This document shows, piece after piece, positions 29,210 to 39,908 of a stretch of DNA of 64,000 nucleotides (the first letter of the stretch is position 1; the number at the start of each line of letters is the position of its first letter). Location: NCBI GenBank assembly GCA_022771205.1, contig JALFCF010000003.1:269-64268 (forward strand), in the 5' to 3' direction. The translations under genes were made by a program, and so were the position numbers. The DNA is from Mycoplasmatota bacterium (GTDB taxonomy: Bacteria > Bacillota_I > Bacilli_A > RF39 > UBA660). Below the pieces are notes generated by a model. It searched no databases, had not been told where the DNA came from, and saw only the letters and a program-made list of their open reading frames with translations.

Positions 29210-32200
29210 GCAACAGCAGGCAATTAATGAAGAAGGCAAAAATATTATTGTGTCAGCTGGAGCAGGTTCTGGAAAAACGGCTGTATTAACTGAACGAGTA
29301 ATTAGAAAGTTAAAAAGTGGTGTACATATCAATGAATTATTGGTCTTAACATTTACCAATGCTGCCGCTGCTGAAATGAAAGAACGTATCAGAAAAGCCA
29401 TCCGAAAGACTAAAGGACTAGAAGATGAGATGAATAGAATTGATGGAGCTTATATCACAACTTTTGACTCTTTTGCATTATCAATTGTCAAAAAATATCA
29501 TACGGTCATCAATTGTACAAATAAAATACAAATTACAGATGATGTAGTAATAAATATCAAAAAGCAACAATTATTAGAAGAAATTCTTGATGAAAGGTAT
29601 TTATTAAGAGATAAAAAATTTACTAAATTAATTCATGATTTTTGTTATAAAGATGATAAAGAATTAAAAAAAGCCCTTCTTGATATTTATCAAAAAATAG
29701 AATTGAAATATGATAAAGAACATTTTTTAGCAACATATTTAGATAATTATACTAAGTCTTGGGATAAAGTAATAGATGACTATCTTCAAAGTATTAAAAA
29801 TAAGATTAGAGAAGTAAAAGAGTTATTAGCAGAAATGTCTTCTTATTTTGACGGTAAATATATGACAAAAGTTGAAGACTATCTATATGAGTTTTTAAAT
29901 AAAGAAAGTTATGAAGAGAAGAAAAAAGCTTTAGATAATTTCTCTAGATTTCCCACATTGCCTAAAAACTCAGATGAAAGAGGTAAAACACTAAAAAAAC
30001 AATTAACAGAAGTGTTAGATGAAATAAAAGAGGAAATGATTTATGGATCTATTGAAGAAATAAAAAAAGAATTAGATAGTACAGTACCAAATCAAGAAGA
30101 AATAATTGATATATTACAAGATTTAGATAGAAGACTAACTTCTTATAAAGAGGAAGAAGAAATTTATAACTTTACTGACATCTCAAGGCTAGCAATCAAA
30201 ATTGTTGCAGAAAATAAAGAGATACGAGAAGAATTAACAGCTAGTTTTCATGAAATTATGGTTGATGAATATCAAGACACATCTGATACTCAAGAGGTTT
30301 TTATCAATTTAATTGCCAATAATAATGTTTATATGGTGGGTGATATCAAGCAATCTATTTATAGATTTCGTAATGCCAATCCTTATTTGTTTAAACAAAA
30401 ATATGATACCTATCGTGATACAGATCAAGGAACTAAAATTGATTTGGTAAAAAATTTCAGATCTAGACGTGAAGTTTTAGAAGATATAAATCTGTTATTC
30501 AATCAATTCATGGATGATGAGATTGGTGGTGCTGATTATCAAGCTTCTCATCAAATGGTATTTGGTAATATGACTTATGAGGAGAATGGAAAAACAGAAG
30601 ATAATCATCACATGGAATTATTCACATACACATTAGATAAAACAACTCCAATTACAAAAGATGAACAAGAAGCATTCATTATAGGGGATGATATTCAAAA
30701 TAAAGTAAAAAATAATTATCAAGTATTTGATAAAGATACTGGAATTATAAGACCTATAGAATATAAGGATTTTGTTATTTTATTAGACAAAAGTAAAAAC
30801 TTTGAGTTATATAAAAAAATATTTGAATACTTAGGTATACCGTTATCTATTTTAAAAGAAGAATCTCTAAGTAAAGATAATGATATACTAGTCGTAAAAA
30901 ATCTCTTAAATTTAATTGTCAGAATCAAAAGAAAAGATGATTTTAATAGTCTAAAATATAGTTTTGTATCAATTGCTAGGAGTTATCTATTTGAATTATC
31001 TGATGAAGAAATATATGATGCATTGGTAAAAGAAAAAATAAAAGAAACAAAACTATATCAAATATGTAATGAATTGAGTGAAATGTTAGATGATACGACA
31101 CCTAGAGAACTTTTCTTGAAAGTTATGAAAAAAGTAGACTATGAAGAAAAATTGCTAAAAATAGGAAATGTTACTTCATTCCAAGTAAGGTTAGAATATA
31201 TTTATAATTTAATTGGAAATTTAGAAGAGAGTGGGTACACCATTGAAGATATTATTACTCATTTAGATGCAATTTTTGATAGTGGACAAGATTTAAAGTT
31301 TAATGTCAACACAGATAGTAGTAATAGTTGCAAAATTATGACAATCCATAAATCAAAAGGACTAGAATTTCCAATCTGTTATTTTGCAGGATTTGCCTCT
31401 AAATTTAATCTAAGAGATTTAAAAGAAAGAATTCTTTTTGATAATAATTATGGAATAATATTACCAATGGTAACAGATTTTTATAAAGATACTATCTTAA
31501 AAATATTGGTAAAAGAAAAGACAAAGCAAGAAGAAGTATCTGAAAAAATTAGATTATTTTATGTGGCCTTAACTAGAGCAAAAGAAAAAATGATTATGGT
31601 CACAGAGCAAATAGAAGAAGAAACAGAATGCAGTGGTATAGTAAGTAGTAGCATACGCAGTAAATATAATTCTTTCTTAGCCATAATCAAAAGTATATAT
31701 TCATCATTATTACCATATGAGACAAAGGTAAATGTAACACCATCAAAAGATTATTTATTATCTAAAAATGCTATTGATGAGCAACAATTACTATTATCTG
31801 AAGATTCTATAAATGTACATGAGTTAGAAATAGAAAAGGAAATAATCGAACATACTAGGTATTCAAAAGATATTCTTCATTTATCTACAAAGGAAGAAAT
31901 AGAAAAAATGGATTTTGGTACCAAAGTACATCAAGTATTAGAACAATTAAACTTTAAAGAACCTAAACTAGAATATATACCAGAAAATATAAGAAGAAAA
32001 GTAGAAGCATTTATAAATAGTTCTTTAGTAAAAGAAAATATAAATGGTAATTTTTATCCAGAATACGAATTTGTTGATACCAATGAAAATACTCATGGTA
32101 TTATGGATTTAGTAATTGAAAAGGATGAAAAACTCATTATTGTTGATTATAAGTTAAAAAATATTGATGATGAAAACTATGATAAGCAATTAAATGGTTA

Positions 32201-32294
32201 TAGAGCATTTTTAAAGAAAAAAACTAATAAGCAAGTAGAATGTTATTTGTATTCCATAATTGATGAAATGTTTAGAAAGATAAAAGAACAGTAA
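29184..32294 (+). CDS. addA: ATP-dependent helicase/nuclease subunit A (AddA, UvrD/PcrA-like)
   Basis: Walker A AGAGSGKT, UvrD helicase motifs, C-terminal PD-(D/E)xK nuclease MDLVIEKDEKLIIVDYK. Confidence 0.9.
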   Translation: MIMPTWTPEQQQAINEEGKNIIVSAGAGSGKTAVLTERVIRKLKSGVHINELLVLTFTNAAAAEMKERIRKAIRKTKGLEDEMNRIDGAYITTFDSFALSIVKKYHTVINCTNKIQITDDVVINIKKQQLLEEILDERYLLRDKKFTKLIHDFCYKDDKELKKALLDIYQKIELKYDKEHFLATYLDNYTKSWDKVIDDYLQSIKNKIREVKELLAEMSSYFDGKYMTKVEDYLYEFLNKESYEEKKKALDNFSRFPTLPKNSDERGKTLKKQLTEVLDEIKEEMIYGSIEEIKKELDSTVPNQEEIIDILQDLDRRLTSYKEEEEIYNFTDISRLAIKIVAENKEIREELTASFHEIMVDEYQDTSDTQEVFINLIANNNVYMVGDIKQSIYRFRNANPYLFKQKYDTYRDTDQGTKIDLVKNFRSRREVLEDINLLFNQFMDDEIGGADYQASHQMVFGNMTYEENGKTEDNHHMELFTYTLDKTTPITKDEQEAFIIGDDIQNKVKNNYQVFDKDTGIIRPIEYKDFVILLDKSKNFELYKKIFEYLGIPLSILKEESLSKDNDILVVKNLLNLIVRIKRKDDFNSLKYSFVSIARSYLFELSDEEIYDALVKEKIKETKLYQICNELSEMLDDTTPRELFLKVMKKVDYEEKLLKIGNVTSFQVRLEYIYNLIGNLEESGYTIEDIITHLDAIFDSGQDLKFNVNTDSSNSCKIMTIHKSKGLEFPICYFAGFASKFNLRDLKERILFDNNYGIILPMVTDFYKDTILKILVKEKTKQEEVSEKIRLFYVALTRAKEKMIMVTEQIEEETECSGIVSSSIRSKYNSFLAIIKSIYSSLLPYETKVNVTPSKDYLLSKNAIDEQQLLLSEDSINVHELEIEKEIIEHTRYSKDILHLSTKEEIEKMDFGTKVHQVLEQLNFKEPKLEYIPENIRRKVEAFINSSLVKENINGNFYPEYEFVDTNENTHGIMDLVIEKDEKLIIVDYKLKNIDDENYDKQLNGYRAFLKKKTNKQVECYLYSIIDEMFRKIKEQ

Positions 32295-32310
32295 ATTACT
32301 GTTCTTTTTA
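32286..32310 (+). terminator. rho-independent terminator after addA
   Basis: gaacagt-aaatt-actgttc followed by T5. Confidence 0.5.
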
Positions 32311-32408
32311 TATTTTGTAAGAATAATTAATATATTTAACTATTTCATATAACAGATATGTAATAGTATCAGTGTAAAATCATAAAAACAATATAATATA
32401 ATATAAAA

Positions 32409-32882
32409 TTATTGCCTTTTTATAAGCCTTCTGAGAAATAATACAAGTAATGTCTGTATATAGGGGACAATAATACAAATAGCAACTACAACAATTAAAA
32501 ATAAAAATAATAGTGCTTGACCTAATGCAGCGACAAAGTCATCAGGAATAGAAAAAATATCATAGATAAAAATCATGATGTAATAACACCCACAAACCAG
32601 AAAAACAGCAAGAGCAGGCAAGATAATGGCATAATATAGGATTTTTAATACAGATTTATCCAAACGATTTCCGATTTTAATAAAAGTTTTACTAATAATA
32701 GTGCTAGGAAAACTAACTAAAAAAGCAATTAAAGAAAATATAAAAGCTACAATCCACCAAGAAGAATCTTCATTAATAAACATAATTTTAAATAGAATAA
32801 AGGTAATTCCAACAAGAATCCATCTCGAAATCATATAATATTTCTTCATCTCTTTATTTTCCATAATCTTGCTCCTATACAT
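32409..32882 (-). CDS. hypothetical membrane protein
   Basis: 157 aa, four hydrophobic helices. Confidence 0.4.
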   Translation of the reverse strand: MYRSKIMENKEMKKYYMISRWILVGITFILFKIMFINEDSSWWIVAFIFSLIAFLVSFPSTIISKTFIKIGNRLDKSVLKILYYAIILPALAVFLVCGCYYIMIFIYDIFSIPDDFVAALGQALLFLFLIVVVAICIIVPYIQTLLVLFLRRLIKRQ

Positions 32883-33436
32883 TAAAATTCATCTATATCT
32901 TTTATATGTTCTTTATATTTAGTAATCATTTGAGAATACATATCTTCTCCTAATAAATGTATTAAATAGTCTTCTTTAATAGCTTCTTCATAATTTTCTA
33001 AAGTAACAATTGCCTCACTATTTTGTAATTTAGAGTGACTAATATAATAAGTATGTTCTTCATATATTTGAGAAAGCAAATTATTGTTTACAATATCTTC
33101 TTCTAAATACCAAGTAGGGCTTTCAGTATAATATTCAGTAAAAGGTTTAATATAAGCAAGAACAATTCCTAAACGGTTAGGAGTATTCAATTGATATTTT
33201 AGTTCATTTTGATAACGAGAATTGTATTGATCAATATAAAAATCAGAACCATTTATTTTTTCTTTTTTTAAAAGAGTAACAGTACCAAAAATCATAGCTT
33301 CATTATCAGTAAGTTCAGAAAAGGGATCATAGTTAATTCCTTCTAATAACCGAACTCTTTGAGTACTCTTTAAATATTCTGGAGTCGCAACTATCACCCC
33401 GAAATAATAATCATGAATATCAATAGATTGCTTCAT
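32882..33436 (-). CDS. hypothetical protein
   Basis: 184-aa ORF downstream of pyrH on the minus strand. ATGA overlap with the next gene. Confidence 0.4.
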   Translation of the reverse strand: MKQSIDIHDYYFGVIVATPEYLKSTQRVRLLEGINYDPFSELTDNEAMIFGTVTLLKKEKINGSDFYIDQYNSRYQNELKYQLNTPNRLGIVLAYIKPFTEYYTESPTWYLEEDIVNNNLLSQIYEEHTYYISHSKLQNSEAIVTLENYEEAIKEDYLIHLLGEDMYSQMITKYKEHIKDIDEF

Positions 33437-33455
33437 AAAATCACCACTTATTTAA

Positions 33456-34154
33456 CTATGATACAACAGAACCAATTTCTTCGCCAAGTAAAAGCTTACG
33501 TAAATTTCCTGGTTTATGAATATTAAATACTAAAATAGGAATTTCTTCTTCCATACACAAACTAATAGCAGTAGAATCCATAACCCTTAATTTTTTATTT
33601 AATACATCTAAATAAGTAGTATGAGAAATAAACTCAGCATCTTTAAATTGTTTAGGATCCTTATTATAAATACCATCAACGTTAGTAGCCTTTATAAGCG
33701 CATCTGCTTTTATTTCAGCGGCTCTAAGTGCAGCTGCTGTATCAGTAGAAAAGAAAGGACTACCGGTACCACAACCGAAAATAGTAATACGCCCTTTTTC
33801 TAAATGGCGAATAGCTCGATCTTTAATATAAAATTCAGCCACTTGTCTCATCTCAATCCCTGTTTGTACTCTAACGTCTTGCCCAATTTGTTTAAAAGCA
33901 TCTCCTAACGCAAGTGCATTCATGGTAGTAGCAAGCATACCAATATAATCACTAGTAGCCCGGTCCATATACATATTTGCTTTTCCTCTCCAAAAGTTTC
34001 CACCACCAACAACGATAGCAATTTCAACTCCTTCTTCAGCACATTCTTTTATTTCTTTAGCAAAGTTTAACACTTCATCAAAAGCAATGCCGGATTTTTT
34101 ATCTCCAGCAAGCGCCTCTCCACTAAATTTTAATAAAACTCTTTTATATTTCAT
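33456..34154 (-). CDS. pyrH: UMP kinase
   Basis: KRVLLKFSGEAL, VVGGGNFWRG, CGTGSPFFSTDTAAALRA motifs. Confidence 0.92.
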   Translation of the reverse strand: MKYKRVLLKFSGEALAGDKKSGIAFDEVLNFAKEIKECAEEGVEIAIVVGGGNFWRGKANMYMDRATSDYIGMLATTMNALALGDAFKQIGQDVRVQTGIEMRQVAEFYIKDRAIRHLEKGRITIFGCGTGSPFFSTDTAAALRAAEIKADALIKATNVDGIYNKDPKQFKDAEFISHTTYLDVLNKKLRVMDSTAISLCMEEEIPILVFNIHKPGNLRKLLLGEEIGSVVS

Positions 34155-34337
34155 GAAATCCTCCTATCTCTTATATTAAGTGTACCATAAGATTAAAAAA
34201 TATTAAATTTTTTTAAAAATATATAGTAAAGTAAAAGAATTAGACACCATCTTTGTTGTAAAACAAGCATATAGATTGACATTTTAAGGCATTTTTGGTA
34301 TAATAAGCACGCGATAAATCTAAAGGGGGAGTAAAGT

Positions 34338-36344
34338 GTGTCAATATGGCAAACAGATGATTTTAAATCTAACCAAGAATTATATGAACAGATAGATGGT
34401 TTTTTTGAAAACTTACATGGGAGTAAAAACTTAGAGTATCGTCCAGGTCAGCATACCATGGCCTTGGACGTACTAGATGCAATTAGAGAAAAAGAAATTT
34501 TGTTAATAGAAGCTGGTGTTGGAAGTGGTAAATCTTGGGGATATATAGTACCACTTTTATATGCTAATCAAAATAAAGAAAAATTTAAGGGATTTATAAT
34601 ATCTACATCAACAATTGCTTTACAAGAACAATTAATATCAGAAATCGACAGAGTATCAGAAATGTTAGGAATAAATATAGAAGTTGAAGTCGCAAAAGGA
34701 AAAACTAATTATATTTGTGAAGCCAAATTAGATGATTTTTTAAGATTTAATAGAGCAGGGGAAGAATATAAAGAACTAAATAAAAGGGTATCTACTGGAA
34801 AAATAGATAGAAAAGATTTTGATGATGTTCCTCAAAATATTTGGGAAAAAATAAATATTGATAACGTAAATTGTACCTCTTGCTACCTAAAAGATAATTG
34901 CCACTATATCGTCAAGAGAAAACAATGGCCAAAAGCTAGAGCACTTATATGTAATCATGATATGTTAATAGAAGATTTAAAAAGAACAGGTGGTGATAAA
35001 TTATTATTTGTTCCATCACTTTTAGTAGTAGATGAAGCACATGCTTTAGAAGCAAAAATTAGAAATTCATATAAACAAGCTATTTCAAAAAGAAAACTAG
35101 AAGGACTAATTTACACTATTTATGACGCCATAGAGCACCCGATAGAAGGGGATATGGAGATTTTTAACATAATAAATCAAACATTTAGGAAAATTAGTTC
35201 ACGTGCAAAAAAAGAATATAAACAAAATTCAGTCAGAGAAAAAGAAGTATTAGATACAGAAACCAGCGGATTTACACGTACTCCTGCTATTAAAGATCAA
35301 TTAAATGAATTGACTAAGGAGCTAAAACAAATAGAGCAACAGGCCATGAGATATCCTACAAGGAATCCAAAATTAGTTAGCAAGATAAGTGATTTAAAAG
35401 ATATAATAGGAATATTTGAAGACATGAGATTACCAAACAGTAAGAATATTTACTGGGTATCTTTTTTACCACATACAAAAGAACATATAGAAATACAATA
35501 TGTCAAAAAAGACATTACGGAAGATGCAGCACGTCTATTAGGAAATTCTGAATATGGAAAAGTTTTTACATCAGCCACCCTTACCACTAAACAAGACAAT
35601 TATAAATATTTTGCAGAAGGATTAGGAATAGATAAAATATTAGGAATATCTACTACTCCAGAGGACCCACAATTATCTCCGTATAACTATGATGAGAATG
35701 CATTACTATATTACGCACAGGATGTAATGACACCAAAAGCTAAAGATCACGATTTATATTTAGATTCATTAGCAAAAAAAGTAGCCGAAATGATAAGAAT
35801 TACGAACGGTAAGAGTTTAGTTTTATTCACTTCAAAAACTGACATGAAAGAAGTATATCAAAGGTTACAAGAACAAGAATTTCCATTTGACCTACTAATT
35901 CAAGAAGAAGGAAAAAATGCCGAAGTAATAAAAGAAAAATTTAAAAATGACATTAATTCAACTCTTTTAGCATCAGGTGCTTTTTGGGAAGGAATAGATG
36001 TCAAAGGAGAATCACTACAACAAGTAATTATTACGAAATTACCATTTCCAGTAGTTGATCCAATTATTCAAGAAAAGGCATCACAATATACAAATGGATT
36101 TGAAAAAGTTTATATTCCAGAAATGCTTGTAAAATTAAAACAGGGTACGGGTAGATTAATTAGAAGTGCAACTGATCAAGGAATCATAACTATATTGGAT
36201 TCAAGAACACCAGAATATATTGAAACTTTAACAGATAACTTACCATTTTCAAATGTAACTGCAGATTTAGAAAAAGTAAAAGAATTCGCTGATAAAAAAT
36301 TAAATAGTAATAAAAAAGTCTATCAAAAAGTTATAAACCCATAG
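34338..36344 (+). CDS. ATP-dependent DNA helicase, DinG/Rad3 (XPD-like) family
   Basis: Walker A AGVGSGKS, DEAH box VVDEAHALE, four-Cys Fe-S insert (CEAK...CTSCYLKDNCHY...C), C-terminal helicase domain. Confidence 0.75.
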   Translation: MSIWQTDDFKSNQELYEQIDGFFENLHGSKNLEYRPGQHTMALDVLDAIREKEILLIEAGVGSGKSWGYIVPLLYANQNKEKFKGFIISTSTIALQEQLISEIDRVSEMLGINIEVEVAKGKTNYICEAKLDDFLRFNRAGEEYKELNKRVSTGKIDRKDFDDVPQNIWEKINIDNVNCTSCYLKDNCHYIVKRKQWPKARALICNHDMLIEDLKRTGGDKLLFVPSLLVVDEAHALEAKIRNSYKQAISKRKLEGLIYTIYDAIEHPIEGDMEIFNIINQTFRKISSRAKKEYKQNSVREKEVLDTETSGFTRTPAIKDQLNELTKELKQIEQQAMRYPTRNPKLVSKISDLKDIIGIFEDMRLPNSKNIYWVSFLPHTKEHIEIQYVKKDITEDAARLLGNSEYGKVFTSATLTTKQDNYKYFAEGLGIDKILGISTTPEDPQLSPYNYDENALLYYAQDVMTPKAKDHDLYLDSLAKKVAEMIRITNGKSLVLFTSKTDMKEVYQRLQEQEFPFDLLIQEEGKNAEVIKEKFKNDINSTLLASGAFWEGIDVKGESLQQVIITKLPFPVVDPIIQEKASQYTNGFEKVYIPEMLVKLKQGTGRLIRSATDQGIITILDSRTPEYIETLTDNLPFSNVTADLEKVKEFADKKLNSNKKVYQKVINP

Positions 36345-36358
36345 AAAGAGGCGAAAAA

Positions 36359-37339
36359 ATGCAAGAAGAAAGATTAAAGAAAATAATCAAGTTATTAGAT
36401 GAGCAACAAACTGCCATAACTGATTTAACATCAGAAATAGAACAATTAGAACAAGCTCAACAAAACTTACTAACCAAAACACCACCAACACCAGATATTC
36501 AAGAAGCATTATATAATACCGAGCCTATTGTATCTGAATATAATCCTGAAGATGAAATGGAATATTACATAAATAATCTATCAACTATTAATATTGATAC
36601 CCCCGAAATAACAGTAAAAGCGCTACTTCCATCACTACAAAATAAAAATGCTACTAATATTTTACTTCGTCTAAAACTAGAATGTATCAAAAATATGAGA
36701 GAAATAAATGAATTGTTATCAGAGGTTGATGATATATCAGTAGAAGATCTAAAGGGTTTTAAACAGGAATTAAATATAGAGCAAAAAAAATTAGAAATAA
36801 TTAACAAAAGATTGTTACCAGTACCTAAAGAAAAAGCAGAATCAGAAGAGTTACAAGAAAATAAACTTATATTTGTACCAACAACAGGTGGAAATATCAG
36901 GGTATTAGAAGAATTAAAAAGTATTCCATCAGAATATTATGAAAGATTTTATGGCTTATTTTCCTCTATCAAAGATGGGACTTTTAAAAATGTAAAGAGC
37001 TTCAGAAGGTTGAATAACAATGATCCACTTTTTTGTGAAGTAAAAGATACAGCTGTCAGAGTAATGTTTGCTCGTATCGGCCCACAAGAATATGCTGTGA
37101 TAACCTGCTTCATCAAAAAAACGGATAATAACAAAGGCTACAGAAATCAACTAGAACAAAAGATGGGAGACTATAAACAAATTGCACCTATATTAATTGC
37201 TAATCTAGAAAATGAAGAATTTATGGAACAAAACGAGAAGTATGAACAAATGCTATGGGAAACAATAAAAACTGAAAAAGGGGGGAAGAAAACATATGTC
37301 AGACCAGATACAGCTAAGTACAGAAGAAATTTTAAATAA
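36359..37339 (+). CDS. hypothetical protein: N-terminal coiled-coil region fused to a C-terminal RelE/HigB(Gp49)-like fold
   Basis: C-terminal segment ...LFCEVKDTAVRVMFARIGPQEYAVITCFIKKTDNNKGYRNQLEQKMGDY matches the Gp49/HigB-type toxin pattern (ElR..g.Ri.y....vlL.gF.KKt.k). Confidence 0.45.
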   Translation: MQEERLKKIIKLLDEQQTAITDLTSEIEQLEQAQQNLLTKTPPTPDIQEALYNTEPIVSEYNPEDEMEYYINNLSTINIDTPEITVKALLPSLQNKNATNILLRLKLECIKNMREINELLSEVDDISVEDLKGFKQELNIEQKKLEIINKRLLPVPKEKAESEELQENKLIFVPTTGGNIRVLEELKSIPSEYYERFYGLFSSIKDGTFKNVKSFRRLNNNDPLFCEVKDTAVRVMFARIGPQEYAVITCFIKKTDNNKGYRNQLEQKMGDYKQIAPILIANLENEEFMEQNEKYEQMLWETIKTEKGGKKTYVRPDTAKYRRNFK

Positions 37340-39149
37340 ACTTCGTAATAGACAACAAGAATTATTAGAAGAATCAAATGTTAAAAATGAAGAACTAGTA
37401 TGGATAGAAGAGTTTCTAAATCAATCTAATTTATCTGATCCATTAGAATATAACAACATCAATAAGAAAAAATTATTATTAGCATATATGAAAGCCAAAG
37501 CTAATAATTTAGATGTACAAAAAGCAGAAGATTTAATTAAATTAATAATTCCAATATTAGAACAATCTACCCCTGGAAATTCTAAACTTTTTGTAACTCT
37601 TTTATTAACAATGGCTAGTAAAGAATGGTATGAAGAGCTAAAAGATATTATTAAAGATGAAAATGAGATTAGAAGAGGGTATTCTATTAATAAAATGTTT
37701 GAAGAATATATAGAAACTGAAGAGGAAATGGATGCCTTGGATATCATAGTCACTTATCATGGTGGCAGTATATTAAAATATATAGAAGAGATTTCTAAAA
37801 ATTTAAATTCTTGGGAATATGGTATTTCGATAATCATTGCCATGAAAGAAATAGCAGATAGACAAGAAGAATTAGAACAAGAATATAACTCCCGATTTTC
37901 AGCCTTATCATTATCAAAAGAAAAGGAACTAGCAGCAAGACGAAAGATTATTGAAAGAGAATTTTGTATAGAATGTATTGAATCTGAATTGAAAAAAATT
38001 ACATCCTACAAAAAGCGTTTAGAAAGTGAAGAAAAAAGAAAACAAAGACGATTAGAACAAGATATAAAAAAAGTTGCTAACGCTTCTTCTAAACTTGAAA
38101 AATCATCAGATAAAATCATATCTCATTATCTATCATATATATCAGGGATACAAGATACTGAAAGTTGTATATTACTTTTAGAACTAATATATAATTATAA
38201 TCAAAAACATTATCAACAACTAGAAGCACAATGCAATAGATATAAAGCAAACTCTATTTTAAATTATCAAACTCTATGTGATAAACATAATATAGATGGA
38301 AATATAAGTATAGAAGAATTAAGAGACAGGTATGCGTATGAAACATTAGAAGCAGTAATTGACTCTCTAGTCAATTTAGGTATTACAAGTGGAAAAACTC
38401 TCGCAGAAATACTAAAGACATCGAATCCTATGTATCTAAACGAAGTTGGTAAGCTGTTAGAAAAAGGATATATCAATCCAAAAACTCTAGTGAGTACACC
38501 GTCTTTATTGGATCCTAGAAATAAATTGGTAGAAACAGTATATAATAATTTAAGAATATTAGAGGAACAACAAATACCAAGGGAGTACTGTGAAGAAAAA
38601 GAACAACTTCTTTTGGTTTCATCAGAAGCGTTACAAAAAAATATTCCTGTTCTTAAAAGTACTGACTATATAAACAGCTTATACACTACAACTGATTTAA
38701 GTTTTCTAGAATCAGATGAATTAGAAGACGCAATAAATTTATGCTTACAGCTAGGATTAGAAACAGTTCTTGAAGAAGATTTGGATATATTAAATTATTC
38801 AGTATCCCATCTAAAACGACTTGTCATAGCAAGTGATTTGGATTTGCCAATCGAAACTTTACCAGAAGTAAAAAGAATTTTAAAAGATCCATATTTTATC
38901 ATATCAGATGAAAAAATAGATAGATATATTGCATTAAAAGAAGCACAAGAAAACCCAGAAGAAATAAAATTATTACCATTATCAGAAACTAAAAGAACTT
39001 ATCGCCTAGGAAATATTATTTTTCCTAAAAATAAAATAGACTTTCCAAGAGACATGATAGAAAATAATCCACAACTATTATTTTCAAATAGAAAGGTTAC
39101 AAATAGAGAATATCAATATATAAAATCTCAAGGGTCAAATAAAGTATAA
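37296..39149 (+). CDS. hypothetical large alpha-helical protein, translationally overlapped with the upstream gene
   Basis: 617 aa, start overlaps the preceding gene by 44 nt. No catalytic motif recognised. Confidence 0.45.
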   Translation: MSDQIQLSTEEILNKLRNRQQELLEESNVKNEELVWIEEFLNQSNLSDPLEYNNINKKKLLLAYMKAKANNLDVQKAEDLIKLIIPILEQSTPGNSKLFVTLLLTMASKEWYEELKDIIKDENEIRRGYSINKMFEEYIETEEEMDALDIIVTYHGGSILKYIEEISKNLNSWEYGISIIIAMKEIADRQEELEQEYNSRFSALSLSKEKELAARRKIIEREFCIECIESELKKITSYKKRLESEEKRKQRRLEQDIKKVANASSKLEKSSDKIISHYLSYISGIQDTESCILLLELIYNYNQKHYQQLEAQCNRYKANSILNYQTLCDKHNIDGNISIEELRDRYAYETLEAVIDSLVNLGITSGKTLAEILKTSNPMYLNEVGKLLEKGYINPKTLVSTPSLLDPRNKLVETVYNNLRILEEQQIPREYCEEKEQLLLVSSEALQKNIPVLKSTDYINSLYTTTDLSFLESDELEDAINLCLQLGLETVLEEDLDILNYSVSHLKRLVIASDLDLPIETLPEVKRILKDPYFIISDEKIDRYIALKEAQENPEEIKLLPLSETKRTYRLGNIIFPKNKIDFPRDMIENNPQLLFSNRKVTNREYQYIKSQGSNKV

Positions 39150-39158
39150 TGCCTTTGG

Positions 39159-39187
39159 TTGACATAAGATTTGGAATATGATATACT
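39159..39187 (+). promoter_or_regulatory. sigma-70-type promoter for the rplU operon (TTGACA-17-TATACT)
   Basis: TTGACA at 39159-39164, 17-nt spacer, TATACT at 39182-39187. Confidence 0.5.
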
Positions 39188-39288
39188 CTAACTGTTTGAC
39201 GCCTCATGCTCAAACCGCATTGAAAAGGTAAAAACAAGAATACTTGTGCCTTAAGAGCGAGTCTTAAGTTAAAAAAGGAGGTATATGA
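39188..39288 (+). ncRNA. candidate L21 ribosomal-protein leader (autoregulatory 5' UTR)
   Basis: ~100-nt GC-enriched, structured untranslated leader between the promoter and rplU, positioned as Firmicutes L21 leaders are. Confidence 0.3.
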
Positions 39289-39591
39289 ATGAACGCTGTA
39301 ATTAAAGTTGGAGGAAAACAATATTACGTAACAGAAGGTTCTGAAATTTTTGTTGAAAAATTAAATGCTAATGCTGGTGATGTTGTTAAGTTCGACCAAG
39401 TATTAATGCTTGATAGTAAAATAGGAAGTCCTTATCTTACTAATGTTACTGTAGAAGGTAAAGTTATCAAAAACGGTAAACAAAAGAAAATTACTGTCTT
39501 CAAATACAAATCAAAAGATAGATCTAACCGTAAGAAACAAGGACATAGACAACCTTATACAAAAATTCAAATTACTAAAATCAATGGGTAA
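39289..39591 (+). CDS. rplU: 50S ribosomal protein L21
   Basis: MNAVIKVGGKQYYVTEGSEIFVEKL... Confidence 0.92.
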   Translation: MNAVIKVGGKQYYVTEGSEIFVEKLNANAGDVVKFDQVLMLDSKIGSPYLTNVTVEGKVIKNGKQKKITVFKYKSKDRSNRKKQGHRQPYTKIQITKING

Positions 39592-39594
39592 TTT

Positions 39595-39897
39595 ATGATA
39601 CATGTAAAAGTAGAAAAATCTCATGCTAAATATAAAAAAATTGCTGTTTTAGGTCACGCTTTGTATGATGATTATGGAAAAGATATTGTTTGCGCGGCTA
39701 CAAGTAGCATAGTTACTACAACAGTAAATGGAGTATTAGCATTAGATAAAGGGAGTCTAAGTTATATGATTAGTAAAAAAGGTATGACTATTGACATAAA
39801 AAATGAAGATAGTACTACACAAATACTAATTGGAAATATGGTTAGTCTTTTAAAAGAACTGGAGAAAAATTATCCAGAAAATATTGAAGTTAAGTAA
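39595..39897 (+). CDS. prp: ribosomal-processing cysteine protease Prp
   Basis: Conserved position between rplU and rpmA. H/C catalytic pair context ([19 protein letters not shown]). Confidence 0.8.
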   Translation: MIHVKVEKSHAKYKKIAVLGHALYDDYGKDIVCAATSSIVTTTVNGVLALDKGSLSYMISKKGMTIDIKNEDSTTQILIGNMVSLLKELEKNYPENIEVK

Positions 39898-39908
39898 GGA
39901 GGAGAATT

